A stretch of DNA of 64,000 bases, taken from the human T2T-CHM13v2.0 reference genome, Homo sapiens. Of the stretch, positions 26,846 to 40,004 are shown one piece after another. Positions within the stretch are counted from its first letter, which is position 1, and every line of letters begins with the position of its first letter. The notes beneath the pieces were generated by a model, which was not told the DNA's origin, ran no database searches, and saw only the letters and a list, made by a program, of their open reading frames with translations. A program made the translations under genes and the position numbers. The stretch is taken from NCBI RefSeq assembly GCF_009914755.1, contig NC_060930.1; one strand, written 5' to 3'.

Positions 26846-27544
26846 TGTTAGCATAGACAAAGAGCCAAAAATAAGCAGGCAAGGAAGCCCCTGGAAAACG
26901 AAGTCCTGGAGATGCTGCCCACTGTCAGTAAGCACAAAGGGAAATGGCTACATTGGTTACATCTGGCCTTGTGGTTAGGCTCTTCCAGGTCTGAAGGGGA
27001 CTGACCATGCCCTAGCCAAAGATAACCACACTAGGGACTCTCCGCACTGATGAGCATGCAGTCTCCACAAAAACTCACCCTACAGTAGCCTTTTTCTCAT
27101 TATAGTATTAAAAATTATACCCCTGAGTAAAGATTTTAAATGCTAATGGACATGCAATGTGTGTACTAGTATGTACAACCACAGAGCATGCGTGCCCAAA
27201 GAGACCTCCTAAAACATGCTTGCAAGTAACACTCCTTCTTGCACCTTCATGAATAATCATGTAAAATTCTCATAAAGAGAGTCCCCCAGCACTACTGCTG
27301 CTGGTTCATTCTTTCAAGCAGCCCGCTCTGTCTTGTGTTTCAGAGTATACTTTCTCTTTAACTACACACTACTACTACTATTTTTCCAGCTGGATCAGCC
27401 AAGAACTGTTTTCCACTCCTCTCTGGGAATGCACTTTATCTTTTTTTAAGAAACCTTGATATTTAACTGTTGTTATGCATCTCTTGGCTGAATTCTTTCT
27501 TTAAAATTAGATAAGAATTAAGGATTTTGCACTTCCCAGTAACA
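26846..27544 (+). mobile_element. ERV1 MER4-group solo LTR
   Basis: TGTTAG...GTAACA ends; 'tcatgaataatcatgtaa' and 'tcttggctgaattctttc' motifs; near-TSD TTAT/TTTT. Confidence 0.75.
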
Positions 27545-27689
27545 TTTTATAAATAAATTATATGCATCTCATATTGCCTATATAGGAAAACTGTTAATTT
27601 TATCTTTGCCTACTTAGATCCTATTCTAGGGCTTTTTAATCATTTTCTGCCTTGTAATCATCTGAGGTAAATTATTAAGGGTAAAGACA

Positions 27690-27812
27690 CTTTGGAACTG
27701 CCCCTGAGGATTTGTATTAGATTAGGGTAGAGTGTAGGAATCTGCATTTTAATAAGCACCTCAGGAAATTTTGAAGAAGATGATTAATTGAATGGGCTTT
27801 TGGAAATACTTC
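27690..27812. mobile_element. MER5-type hAT-Charlie fragment
   Basis: 'ggaatctgcattttaataagcacctcagg'. Confidence 0.7.
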
Positions 27813-27949
27813 CTCTGTGATGTCTTAGCAAGACCTAAGGTATAGGAAAATCCTAAACTTTTCCTAAAGAGTTTTACTTAGGCCCTGATGCAGGGGGGAG
27901 AAAAGAATAAGAAAATAAAAAAAAAGTGAAAAGAAAGAAAAGCATAATT

Positions 27950-28540
27950 ATTCTTCTATGAGGAACTAGAAAAAATGGGCAAAATATATAAAAATATTTG
28001 CTCAGAAACTTGGAAACAGGAAGGACCAGATTGAGAACCCTGAGATGATAGAAATGCAATGATCTCTACAATATTTCTACTTTCTTCCTGGAAGCAGTTT
28101 CTGGATAGTGGAGCAAGGGACAAAATTAGAGACCAACAGATCCTGAATCTCAGAATCCTAGGAGACGTAACTTAGAGGTGGGGAGGCTGAGGTGACTGGA
28201 CATTGTGCTGGAGAGTTCCAGAAACAAAGTGGCTACTTAGAAAAGTAGCTTCAAAAACATGCACAGAGTTCCTTTTAGAATTTGTTGGGTAAAAGGCTGC
28301 ATATCTGTAGCAATAAAATCCACAAAGCTAAGTAAAGAATAGCGGGAAAGTAGAAGCCAAACAATTCCCACAGCACAGAGAATGAAAACAGTTCTGCTCC
28401 ATCCAGCCATAGTGGAAAGCAATTAGTAGTTACCTGAGGCACTCAGTGGAGATTCCAGAGGAATCAGTCATGCCCAGGTAGTGGGCCTGAACTATCTCTG
28501 GAGTAGAGACACTCTTGACCCATTTAAACATTGTTTTGAC
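27950..28540 (+). mobile_element. Ancient L1M 5' region fragment
   Basis: Degenerate L1ME-type 5' sequence. Confidence 0.45.
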
Positions 28541-28769
28541 CCAAGCAAACTTCCAGTTTTTGTGCTGTTGGCTACATAACATGTAGCCCCTTGTCTTGGT
28601 CCTCCCCGAGAGTATAGTCTACATAATTGTCTCTAAATAAATGATTTTGCTTTTAAGTCACTACAATAAATATTATTTCTGAAATGAAGAAATCAGACAT
28701 ATATAGATACTGCTCATCTTCTATAGTTAACTTTATGTTACAGCTGTTTTAAGTGTTTCTGGTGCTTTG

Positions 28770-29088
28770 AATATATCATGCTTTCTCATGCTTTTATGCT
28801 CTAGCACATACAATTCCTTTGCTGAAGAAGTTTCACTGATCCTTTAAGACCTTGATCAAGTATTATCTCCTCTTTGGAGACTTTCTATTCCTTCAGAACT
28901 TACGGTGACTTTCCTCACTGTCTTTTCACAGCACTATGTATAGATGGCTTTTACAGCATATATTCAATATATATGAAATATCTTCTTCGTCATAGACAAT
29001 GAGATTCTGAAAGTGTAGAGTAATATCTTGTGATTTTTGTATTATTATACCTTAGGGACTAGCAAAGGGGATGAAACCAAGTAGTATT
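28770..29088 (+). mobile_element. L2 3' fragment
   Basis: 'tagacaatgagattctgaaagtgtagagtaatatcttg' L2 3' pattern. Confidence 0.55.
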
Positions 29089-29156
29089 AATAGCAGCAGC
29101 AGTAGTAGTAGCAGCAGCAGTAGTAGTAGCAGTAGTAATAGTAGTAGTAGTAGTAA
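29089..29156. repeat. (AGT/AGC)n trinucleotide microsatellite
   Basis: Read directly. Confidence 0.9.
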
Positions 29157-29164
29157 GAACAGGA

Positions 29165-29566
29165 AAAACTCCTAGGCAGTAGACCCAGAGTCAGCAAGGT
29201 TTGCACTCTTAACAACTGTATTTATACTCACTTAAACCCACTTTCAATAACATGCAAATTAAGGAGCAGGTTAATGCAACTTAAAGGGCAGGTTGTGTAG
29301 AACTTTCTAGAAAATGGGTGGTAACTTCTGGACTGTTGCCATGGAAAGGGGTGGTAACCTCTGAGTCATTACAACAGGATTTGTAAAATGTCATGGCACT
29401 GGTGGGAGGGTCTTATGCCAATGAGCAATAAGGGCAGCTAGGGATCACTTTTGTCAGCCATGTGCTGATTCCTGCCAGTTTCTTCACTTTGTCCTGTCTG
29501 GACCAGATCCTGTTTTAGTCTTCAGGGTTGTTACCATAAAACGAGTCCTGCCAGTCTCCTATCTCA
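29165..29566 (-). mobile_element. MER41-family LTR (MER41C-E-like), 3'-truncated
   Basis: Minus strand TGAGATAGGAGACTGGCAGGAC...CTCCCACCAGTGCCATGACA...CCATGGCAAC. Confidence 0.75.
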
Positions 29567-31512
29567 GTACAGATAGTCTTCTAAAGCACTTGACATGCAA
29601 TATTATATTATTTAAACCTTGGAGCAAGTATGCAAGTAAAATATTATTATTATTCCTGCTTTATTTAAAAGGAAAAAGAAAAAGAAGTGTAGATTTACAA
29701 AAATAATTTTAGGATAAATTGAAACAGTTCACTTAATACTTAGAATAAAACAAAAATAATTTCTAAGGGCAAAGAGGCTTTATGCTTGCAATGATAACAA
29801 ATTAGTTATCCATTTTTTCTCTCTCTGCTTAATAGTTGGCACTAACCTATCCCCATTCCTTCCTGACATACTGACCATGTGATGTTCTCTCGTACTTTTG
29901 TGAAATAGCACATAACATTTTCTATTTTGAAGGCTTCTTATTGAGGGCAATTTAAATATTTATGTAAAAGCTGGGCCTGAGAACTAAACATTACTATCAC
30001 TCTTCTACCTTCATGAAAGCACAAAGTTGAATCTACCACCCATAAAAAGAATGAAAAAAAAATGTCTTTTTGCTAAATAGACAACCAATGCTGTTATCAG
30101 TTTCTAAATTAATAACATGCAAATGTATCTGTATGGCAAATAAAAGTTCTATAATATAATAAAATCATGATATCCAAATTACCATTCCGATATGTGCTCA
30201 GAGACCAAAAGGAATACAAATTAATGAATTCTCTCTCTCTCTTTCAATTTTATAGTTGAAAGAGAATTTGAATTATATGTTTTGAGCAGAAAAAAAACTC
30301 TTCTTATGTTTTATGCTCTGGTATCATAAATTACACTGTATTGCTACATATAATACATTATAAAGGAGGCCAATATAATTGTAAAATATTAGGCTGCAGT
30401 AGGAAAAAGCAGGCCATGGAGAATTAGTAAAATTAGAGTACGTCATCGTGGATTAGGTATGATTTAATAAATTGACCTCAATATTAAACTCATGGCTTAA
30501 GTCATATTTAAGAACAAATGCCATCAACTTCATCCCTTTGGCACAACAGACAGCAGAGTTCTTGAAAAAATTTCAGCTTTTAGTTTTCTTGTCTGTAGAT
30601 CAGACACACACAAGTGACTTCAGGAGGCTCTAGATGTATTATTAACCAGAATAGTGCATCCACAAATTATATACAAAGCCAATAGTTCCTATCCTGAGAA
30701 TCAGAACAAATGTACTGTCAGGAAACATGGAAAACCTTTTGGGGAAATTCCCACAGGGGAGAAAATAAAAGGTGTAACTAAGAAAAGTAGAGCAGAAAAT
30801 TAATATTTTATTTTAGAAATATTGGTTTTCTTTTCTTTGATAATTTTTACTTGGAAAACCAAGAGCATCTTTCACCATGATAGGCAATTATGTGGAACAA
30901 GCTGTCTTTAATGTCTTCAAAAAATGTATGTACTAAATTTATTAAAGTAAAAATAAAGCTTATTATAAGAATAGACTCAGGGTATACAGGCTTTTAAAAT
31001 TTTTTTCTGAAGACTTAATAATATACTTCTCCAAAAGGGAGTAAAGCTTTACTTGTTCTGAATATATTATAATTAAGAAATGATTAGGAATTGTATCTTC
31101 AAGCAGAGCAAACTGCTCATCATATACGGGGTCTTTGGGAAGACTGGAGTTTAAGAATTCATACACTTCCAGAGATGTAAGTAGGTTGACATCACCTGTA
31201 GATGCATGGTTACTCAGGTGAGAATATTGTTCACTGGTTGGCAATCTAAGACATGGTTATTGGTATGATTTTGCTCCTGATTAGTTTGCTTTCAGGAACA
31301 AGGAGCTAGCATTAATTGGTAGCCTAAAACATCAAGCTTGCTGAGACTAGTTGTTGCATAATTAAATACATTTACAACGAATTCTGAATGCTATTCATTA
31401 CCATGGCTGCACAACAATGTCTTTCCACAAATTTTTGAACACATTTTAAATTTGTAATAGCTTTATGACATAGTTTTTCTTTAATTAAATATTTAATTTC
31501 ATCTTTTGGTTC

Positions 31513-31949
31513 ACATAATGAGTTGAATGTTGGACCCCAAAAAGACAAGTCTGGTACCTGTTAATGTGATCTTATTTGGAAAAAGCATCTTTGCAGATGT
31601 GATTACATTTAGGATATCAAGATGAGATCATCCTGGATCATCTGAGTGGGCCCTAAGTCCAATGTCAAGTGTTCTTACAAGAGACAAAAGAGGAGACAGA
31701 GAGAAAAGAGCAGAAGACCATATAAAGGCAGAGGCAGAGATGAAAGTGACATAGCCACAAGTAGCTGCTGTGACTCTGGAATCTGGAAGAGACAGGGAAG
31801 AATTCCCCTCTAGATCAGAGGGAGTGCAGGCCTGCTGACACCTTGATTTTGGTCTTTGGGTCCCTAGAATGTGAGAAAATAAATTTTTCTAGATTAAAGA
31901 GGCCAAGTTTATAAAAATTCATTATGGCCGCTATAGGAAAATAATGCAA
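31513..31949 (+). mobile_element. MaLR LTR (MLT1C-like)
   Basis: 'aatgtgatcttatttggaaaaagcatctttgcagatgtgatta...ctgctgacaccttgatttt'. Confidence 0.9.
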
Positions 31950-32839
31950 TTACCTACAATAAACCTTCAATAAATTTAATAAATCTATTTCCCAATAGAA
32001 ATGCATGTGTGACATAATTTATAATTCCTTGCATATATAAAATATTTTTGTTATGATTGCAAGTTAAATATTTGATTTATAAATTTAAAAAGGCAAACTG
32101 GTGAAATTTCCATAGCAAATACTCCAGATTCTGTTTTGTTGTTATCAAACACGAAACCACAATTTAAGAGCTATTTTGGGAAAAAACTATTCCCTTTAAG
32201 TGCCTTTAGATGTTGTTCCATGATCTCGTAGTATTAAGTTGAGGTCAATCTGAAGTTTCATGCTTTAGATATATTTGGTTTCATGTGTCTAAATAGCTCT
32301 AAAATTATTTATTTAACTCTCATATTTAAAACTTCACAAAGGTAATTTAAACTCATTTATAGTACCTGTCATGTAGTGAAAATACTATTTTCAGTTCAGA
32401 AAGTTTCGGCTATTATGTTATCAATTATTTCATATTTTCCACTCATACAATTTTTCTTTTGGGGAAGAGTATATTATTTGTATCTTGAGCTGCTCTTCTG
32501 TAGTCTTCAGAGCTTTCATTTCTGTCTGACCCTTTTAATCACATTTTTCAGTTCCTCTGACTGGTATATACTCTGCATAATTGATTGCCCATTACTTATA
32601 GTACCAAATGCACTCTTCATTTCTTGCATTATCTTTAATTCTCCAATTGGGTTATTAATTGACTCACACATTTTATATTTCTCACCCAATTTATTTTTAC
32701 ATTTATTTCCCAGTCATTTTTTTAAGCCATGTTTTAATTTATTATATGCAATTTCTTTTATTTCATAGAAATAACATGAAATGAAGTTAAATTGGTTAAA
32801 GTATCCATTTATTTCTGCTTCCTATTATAAATATATATT

Positions 32840-33325
32840 TTTATAATTTTATGTTTGTATGACTACATAATAGTTATACATATTTTGGAGGTCCATGTGA
32901 CATTTTGACACAAGCATACATTTGTAATAATCAAATCAGGGTAATTGGGATATTCTTCACTTCAAACACTTATTATTTCTTTGTGTTAGGAAAATTACAA
33001 TTCCACCCCTCTAGTTATTTCAAATGTACAATAAATTATTGTAAATTAAACATCTGTAAATTAAAATTACCCTATTGTGCTACTGAACACTAGATACTGT
33101 TCATTCTAACTGTACTTCTACAACCATTAACCAGCCCCTCTCTATTCCCCGCTTTCCACCACCCTTCCCACCCTCTGGTAATCATCATTTACTCTCTACT
33201 TCTATGAGATCATTGTTTTAGCTCACACATATGAGTAACAACATGTGATATTTGTCTTTCTATGCCTGGCTTATTTCACTTAACATAATGCTGTGTGGTT
33301 CTATCCATCTGCTACAAGTGACAAG
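32840..33325 (-). mobile_element. L1MA 3' end
   Basis: 'tgtaataatcaaatcagggtaattgggatatt...tgcctggcttatttcacttaacataatg'. Confidence 0.85.
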
Positions 33326-34109
33326 AGTAAATGTTTTAAAATATGTTCTTTTTAATAAGTGGTTTATTTTTATACTTTTATATTGCAGAATCTTTTCAAC
33401 AGTCTAATAATCTTTGTAGTCTCTGTTTTACTTTCCGTTTATCTCTGATTAAGGTTATAGATGTTCAAACTTGGCACTTGTTCTTTACATTTTCTTTGGA
33501 TTTCTTTAACATCTACTCAAATATTCTTAGAAATACTATCTTATGTATTAAACCTATCTGCTAATTATTGTAAGTTTGGTAGTCCCGTGATACAACATCA
33601 TAAAAAACTTAGAAGATATGCGATGCCAAGAGGATCAGAGATTATTTTGAGTCTGTGTTTTTCCCATTAACTTTGGTAAAACGATCCTGAGGCAAATATT
33701 TCATATTTACAGTTCCCTTTGGCTTGGTCTATTCTAGTATGTAATGCGGCTTCTCAATGCTGAAACTATGGGCTTATGATAGAGCTCTGCCACACTAAGA
33801 AGAATAAACTCAATCCCCTCACTGTGGTACACTTTTCATTTGGAGTACCAATAATTTTTCTTCAGAATCCTAAGACGTATTCTTTTAAATGTTATTGATT
33901 TATAGTGGCAAAGCTGTTATGTGTGTTTCCCGTGATTTGGATACATCTCTCCAATAAACTATGAGTTCCTAGAGAATATGGATCACATCATTTTATTCCT
34001 TGGTTACTTACCAGCTAGCATATTGCCTTACACAGATTTTAAAAACTTGATAAGTGTCTATTAAATGTTAAATACTGAAAGACATACATTTTTATTATAA
34101 AATTCAGGA

Positions 34110-34184
34110 TTTTTTTTTTTTGAGATGGAGTCTCATTCTGTCATCCAGACTAGAGGACAGGGGGTTGATCTCGGCTCACTGCAA
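34110..34184 (-). mobile_element. Alu 3' end plus poly(A) (detached part of the Alu at 34502)
   Basis: T-run then 'gagatggagtctca...gatctcggctcactgcaa'. Confidence 0.9.
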
Positions 34185-34501
34185 TAATAAAAACGAATGT
34201 ATAGCAAACTGTGTATTTCTGAGTATTAAAGTTTAAAAACCTATCAGCAACCTCAAAAAAACTCACTCGGTAAAATTAATACATTTATTTAGTTTCAGTT
34301 CTAATAACTTTAGTAACAAGTAGAGTAGACTAGACCACCCAGGAAAAACAAAACTAAAAACAAACTAAACAAAACTAAAACATACAAAAACCAACAAGGA
34401 AAGAATAAGGAAAACAAAGGGGAAAAAAGGCTTCAACTGTCTTGCTTGTATTACATGGTCTTAGATTTAACACTGTGAAATTTTTTTATTTAAAATATTC
34501 T

Positions 34502-34753
34502 TCCGGTGCAGTGGCTCACGCCTGTAATCCCAGCAACTTGAGAGGCTGAGGCAGGAGGATCAGTTGAGGTCAGGAGGTTGAGACAAGGCTGGCCAACATT
34601 CTGAAAGCCTGTCTCTACTAAAAATACGAAAACTAGCTGGGAGTTGTGGTGGGTGCCTGTCATCCCAGCTACTTGGGAGGCTGAGTCAGGAGAACCACTT
34701 GAACCCAGGAGGCAGAGGTTGCAGTGAGCCAAGATCAACCCACTGCCCTCCAG
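34502..34753 (+). mobile_element. AluS lacking its 3' end and tail
   Basis: Alu body stops abruptly at 'cactgccctccag'. Confidence 0.92.
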
Positions 34754-35899
34754 AGGTTTTCTATGAAAGCCATTCCCTCCAGGGTAAGAGTAGATGATAC
34801 CCATCCACAGTGAAACTGCAAGAGTGAATAAAGGAAATCCATCCTCCCAAATTCTGTGAAACAGAATTCCAGTTTATGAACTACAGGGGACTCCATAAAT
34901 TAATTAAAGAGAGTATGGGAAATGAAAGTCATGTGACCTTCAATAATTAGATAGATAGATAAAAATACAGGAATAAAAATGCTTACTAAAGAGAAATTCC
35001 AATAAAATGAATCTTCAAGTTAAAAGTGAATTTTTACCTAAGGTCTATATAGATTGATTTTAAATTGGAATATATATATTTTATAACTTATATGATGTAT
35101 ATAATATATATTTTTTGGAATCTATATATGCAATTGAAAATTGTTTTTGTGTCATCATACCACAAAACAACCAAATACAATATGCATATAAATTAGAATT
35201 AGATAACCCACCATGTGCATACAGAACATAACTATTCATTTATTTATAAATTTATTTCCTCAACTAATATTTAGAGAACACTTATGTGTACAAGTGCTAC
35301 TTAACAAATAGTAATTCATGATGTTCCCAATTCTGTAGAAGTTATAAAAATAAATAAGACATAAACCATGCTCTCAAAATTCTTACAATCAAGTAGTGGA
35401 AATATGATGGATAATAAATGATTCCCATAAAAATAATTCTTGAGAACTCTATGAGAAAAATGTAGAGTACCACAGTATTTCAGACAGGATAGATAGCTAT
35501 AAATTAACACAGTCAGAAAGAGCTACATTAAGGGCAATAGGGCCAAAAAGGTCTATGAAATTACAGTTTGCCCAAAGGTAAGTACTGGGCATTACAGAAG
35601 TTAACATTATGAGTAAAATTACAGAGGCTACTTAGAGAATAATCTATTTTGGATAAAATGTTGAGTTAGTTTTTAGTTATTTTTTTTTCAGAGTAGATAA
35701 GTATGTTTGTTCAGTAACTGACTTATTTGCTCATAGAAGATTAACCAGACAACGTTGTAGTGCTGAACTTGACAGAGAAAGCTATAGATACAATGTTTGT
35801 TACATAGTTTTTTAAATAGTTCAGATGTTTCAGAGACAACAAATTGTTCACAATATATTTTTTTATTTTTTTAATATTAGAATACATCATCTTGGCATA

Positions 35900-36250
35900 T
35901 CTTTATCTAGAAAGAAGACTATATTTCCCAGACATTTTTACTGATAGATTTGACAATGCAACCAAACTCGTCAACAGGGTGGAAGCAGACATGCTGCAGC
36001 TAAGAAGTGATCTTAGAAAGAGGGCGGCACCCTTCTGCATCTTTGCTACTTTGTGGTATGGGATGTGAGTTTAAAAACTAGCACTTGGAAATCCTTTTTG
36101 GACCATGAAGAGGCAAATATATGTGGAATAAGGCAGAGAATTAAGAAATATATTTATGCATCTCTGATGCCATATGGCATCTTACAAGCCCTCGATTGCC
36201 TAGTTTGCTTAAGCCATAGTCATTGAGGGTTTATATCTGTCAAATAAAGG
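35900..36250 (+). mobile_element. Old ERVL/MaLR LTR fragment (LTR33/MLT1J-like)
   Basis: 'aagactatatttcccag' and 'gcttaagccatagtcatt' motifs. Confidence 0.5.
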
Positions 36251-36264
36251 TAAACACAATATCA

Positions 36265-36625
36265 ACTGGTATACTAGGTATATCAGACATATTGAGTTCT
36301 TAATTAAAATATTAAATAATGTTAAAATAATATTAAATGTTAAAATATGTTAAAATATAAAATTAAATAAAATATTAAATAAAATATTTAATATACTGAT
36401 ATACCAAATATATCAGACATATTAAGTTCTTAATACAAATATTTTAAAATTCAATAAAATATCAAATATTTTATTTAATATTAATTAAAATATTAATGAA
36501 ATATTAATAAAATAAAATATTAAATAAATTATAATAAAATAAAATAAAAATGTTAATAAAATTAATTAAAAATATTTAATATTTAATCAAATCTAAATAT
36601 TTGATATTTAAGTAATATTAAGTAT
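36265..36625. repeat. Extremely AT-rich low-complexity tract with an internal duplication
   Basis: Read directly. Confidence 0.85.
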
Positions 36626-38137
36626 GAAAAATAAAAAACTGAAAGAACTAAAAGTTCTTTTAGTTTTTCTAAATAAAAGGTAATATATGGGATATTTTAA
36701 AATCTAGAATCTGGAAATACATCTAATTTGTATCTTTTTACTATATATTTCAACAAAACACTGTGCACTCTGAATTAATAATACTATGAAATGATGGTGC
36801 AGCTGTGATCTGGTCCTGAGATATTACTTTCTCACATGTACAAGTTTTACCTTCTTTACTGAGTTGGGAGGCGACCAATCCACTGAAACGTGTTTGTGGC
36901 AAGTGATATCAGGTAGAAGATAGATCTCAGTTAAAACTAAGCCATGAGAGTTGTCACAGAAAAGTCAGGGTGCTGAAGAATAAGTCATCAAATATTAGTC
37001 TACAGCTGACATTAGACAAATCAAGTAGTCTACAAAGGTCTAGGAATGCATGGCATTCAATGAAAGAATAGGAGGGGAAAGTAGCAGAAAGGACAGACTT
37101 TTCCCTAACTTTTTCCTGATGTATTTGTAACCAAGTTGACCTGAATCAGCAGGTATAAAACATAATGCTTGTTGCAGGGACTGAGTGAGGACTAGACAAT
37201 ATCTTTTTATTAGTAGGACATCAACTGTAATAAACAATTGGCAAATGCTAATTTTCCAATTGTCATTCTGGTGTAAAGGAAATAATTCAATACAAATGAT
37301 GACATTGTGAGAGAAACTTCTTCATTTTTAAATAGAGAATTTGAGCACAGATAACAAATAATTACTCAAATATTATATACTTTACTAAAACTATTAGAAG
37401 GAAATATATCTTCAGAATAGCTCAGTGTGAAACACTTTCTTTAAAAAAAAAAAATCACTTTTTCCCTAAAGCATTTTGGCACAAGTTCAGATATTGATAG
37501 AACTTAAGACTCCATAAATGACCTTGTGACACCAGATTGCTGACCTCCAGGGAAGAAGTTTTTGATTTTGATCAAAGGCTAGAGAAAGCTGAATTTTGTG
37601 ATCTATTTGTAACACTCCTGGAAATACTTGGGAGTAACTAGAGTTCACTGTACCTGTAGTTTTGAGACCCAATCTATTGTTACCACAACTTCTTTTCAAG
37701 TCTACTGCTCTCTGACCTCATCAGTAGATAGCATGATCAAAGCAGCATTTGAAGAACAGGCTATGTGGTGCCTGACCTGAGTAACAATGGCAGTCAGTAG
37801 TGGCCATCTCAGATACACATTTTGGATTTACTAATCCTAGATGATGTAAGTTCATATAAATTTTGGGACAACTGTGTGAACTGTAATTACGTTATAAAGA
37901 ACTAAAATCTAAAAGACATTGGGATGAGAACAATTACATGGATATGTAGTTGTTCAACTTCGAATGATGTTTAATGCCTCTAAATGAATCTCTCTGCTTA
38001 TCTCTAAATGTCTCACTTTTCCTCTAAATAAAATCACAATGTTATAGAGATATGTCTTGGGTGAATGAATAATTCTTGATATAAAAGATAAAAACACTTG
38101 GACTGGGAATGAAGAATCCCATGTTCTAGATTCAATT

Positions 38138-38350
38138 TGGTAGGAGGAATTCTAACATGACCTCTAAGATTATCACCTCATGGTGTGTGCACCTTGCATA
38201 ATCCCCTCCCCTTGAAAGTGATTGGTCTAATCTAATCAGGTAATTCCTTTAAAGAGAAAAACTAGGGGTGAGAGAAGACAGAAATCAACAAACTGCATGT
38301 TGTGGAGAGGGTCTCATGGTTGGGAATAGTAGGAAGACCCTTACTAGTCT
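38138..38350 (+). mobile_element. MLT1E/F-like LTR fragment
   Basis: 'tggtaggaggaattctaacatgacc...taatcccctccccttga'. Confidence 0.6.
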
Positions 38351-39910
38351 CAGATTTTAAAATTCTATGGGATGGAGCCACTTATTTATTATGAGATTGC
38401 AGCTCTGGAAGAGAATTTAAAAATGATGTAATCCACCAAGAGTAAAATCACAACCTTGTGCTTATTGACATCTCATGATATCCAAATGAGCAAACAATGG
38501 TGGAATAAATATTGGATCTGATCTCTCATTTGAATATTGAATTGTGCCATGAAAGGCTGATAATAAGCCAGAAATGAACACATAACTCAATATATTAAAC
38601 GGCCCTTAAGAGTCCATTCACTCTAAATCGTTATCAAGGGAATTTTGCATTGAAATCCTAGAAAACTTTTCTGTCAAAAAGAAATGAAGAAAGTAGTTAT
38701 GCTTTAACTCATTAAAATTTTATTTTACCGACTGATGTTTTCTGGATAGATTTTCTTTATAGGATACAAATTACGTTTTTATTTTTTACTTTGGTCACAT
38801 TGGGTTGATTAAAAAACCATAGCCATGTTTATGCCCACCTACTGTATTTTTAGTATGAAAAATAAAGAATGCTATATAAATTAAGATTTTTAAAAACTGC
38901 TTGATGTTTATAGCATACTAGATATACGTATATTGCCATTATTTAATATAAAACAATATATGAACCATATAGGAAAGAGGCTTATCTCAGAATAAATTCA
39001 AATTTATTCCTAGGACACCAGGGAACTGAATGGAGCCACTGATTTACAACAAATGAATGGATGGCATAAGGCTTTCCAGGATCAGGAAATATTAGCAATA
39101 GAGAAAATATGAAATTTAGTAACAGCTGACCTCCCTTGAAATATATTATGAACCCCACCTGCTTGAGACATCAAATAAAAATTTTATTTACTTATCCAGT
39201 GTAGAATTAATTACATGTTAGCCAAAGAACACACCAATGGGCCCACTGAAGTTACTTAATAACTTAATAAACTTTTCTCCAAAAATGAGGACATAAGCTG
39301 GAATAATGGAAGCATGAAGCAGAAATGAGAGATTCATTATCCAGTTCTCCAGATATTTGATTTAAATAAAGCAGTATTTATTTTGCCTTCACTTTCTAAG
39401 ATATGGTCTGAGTCCTAGTGACATTAATTCCATCATAAATGAACAAATATGATGCTCATAAAGCATAATAAAAATTAAGTGACAATTTACTCATTCTATT
39501 ATTAATTCAATTAAAATTCACATATTGATGGCATTCCATATGTAGATAATTGTGGTACATTCTTGGAGGGTATACAATTAACATAAGATATATTTCTCTC
39601 CATCTACAGCTGTACAGTATAGGGGACAGGAAAGTTGGGGTGAGATATGGAGAAGTAAGTTCATTCTTATACATTAAGTGAATTTATTTTGATAGAAAAT
39701 AATAGAAACCCCCTCTAGCTCACTTCTATTCATTAAAGTGATAGCTAATTCCAAGTTAAATTCACTTGCAGAAAAAGGGAGTTGTGAGACTGGAATCGAG
39801 ATGAACAGCTGGTACTCAAAATAAGCATAAATCATCAAAACAGACAAAATAGATCCTACTATGAGAGAGTATGTTAATTAAGAGAAGCTGTTAGCTAAGT
39901 GTTTGAAATA

Positions 39911-39972
39911 CAAAGACACGCATAGGCTCAAAATACAGGGATGGAGGAAGATTTAGCAAGCAAATGAAAAGC

Positions 39973-40004
<32 letters not shown>

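Noticed and set aside
30990-31420. Possible ancient LTR and 93-aa ORF 30963-31244
   Set aside because: Could not assign a family or a protein homolog with confidence.
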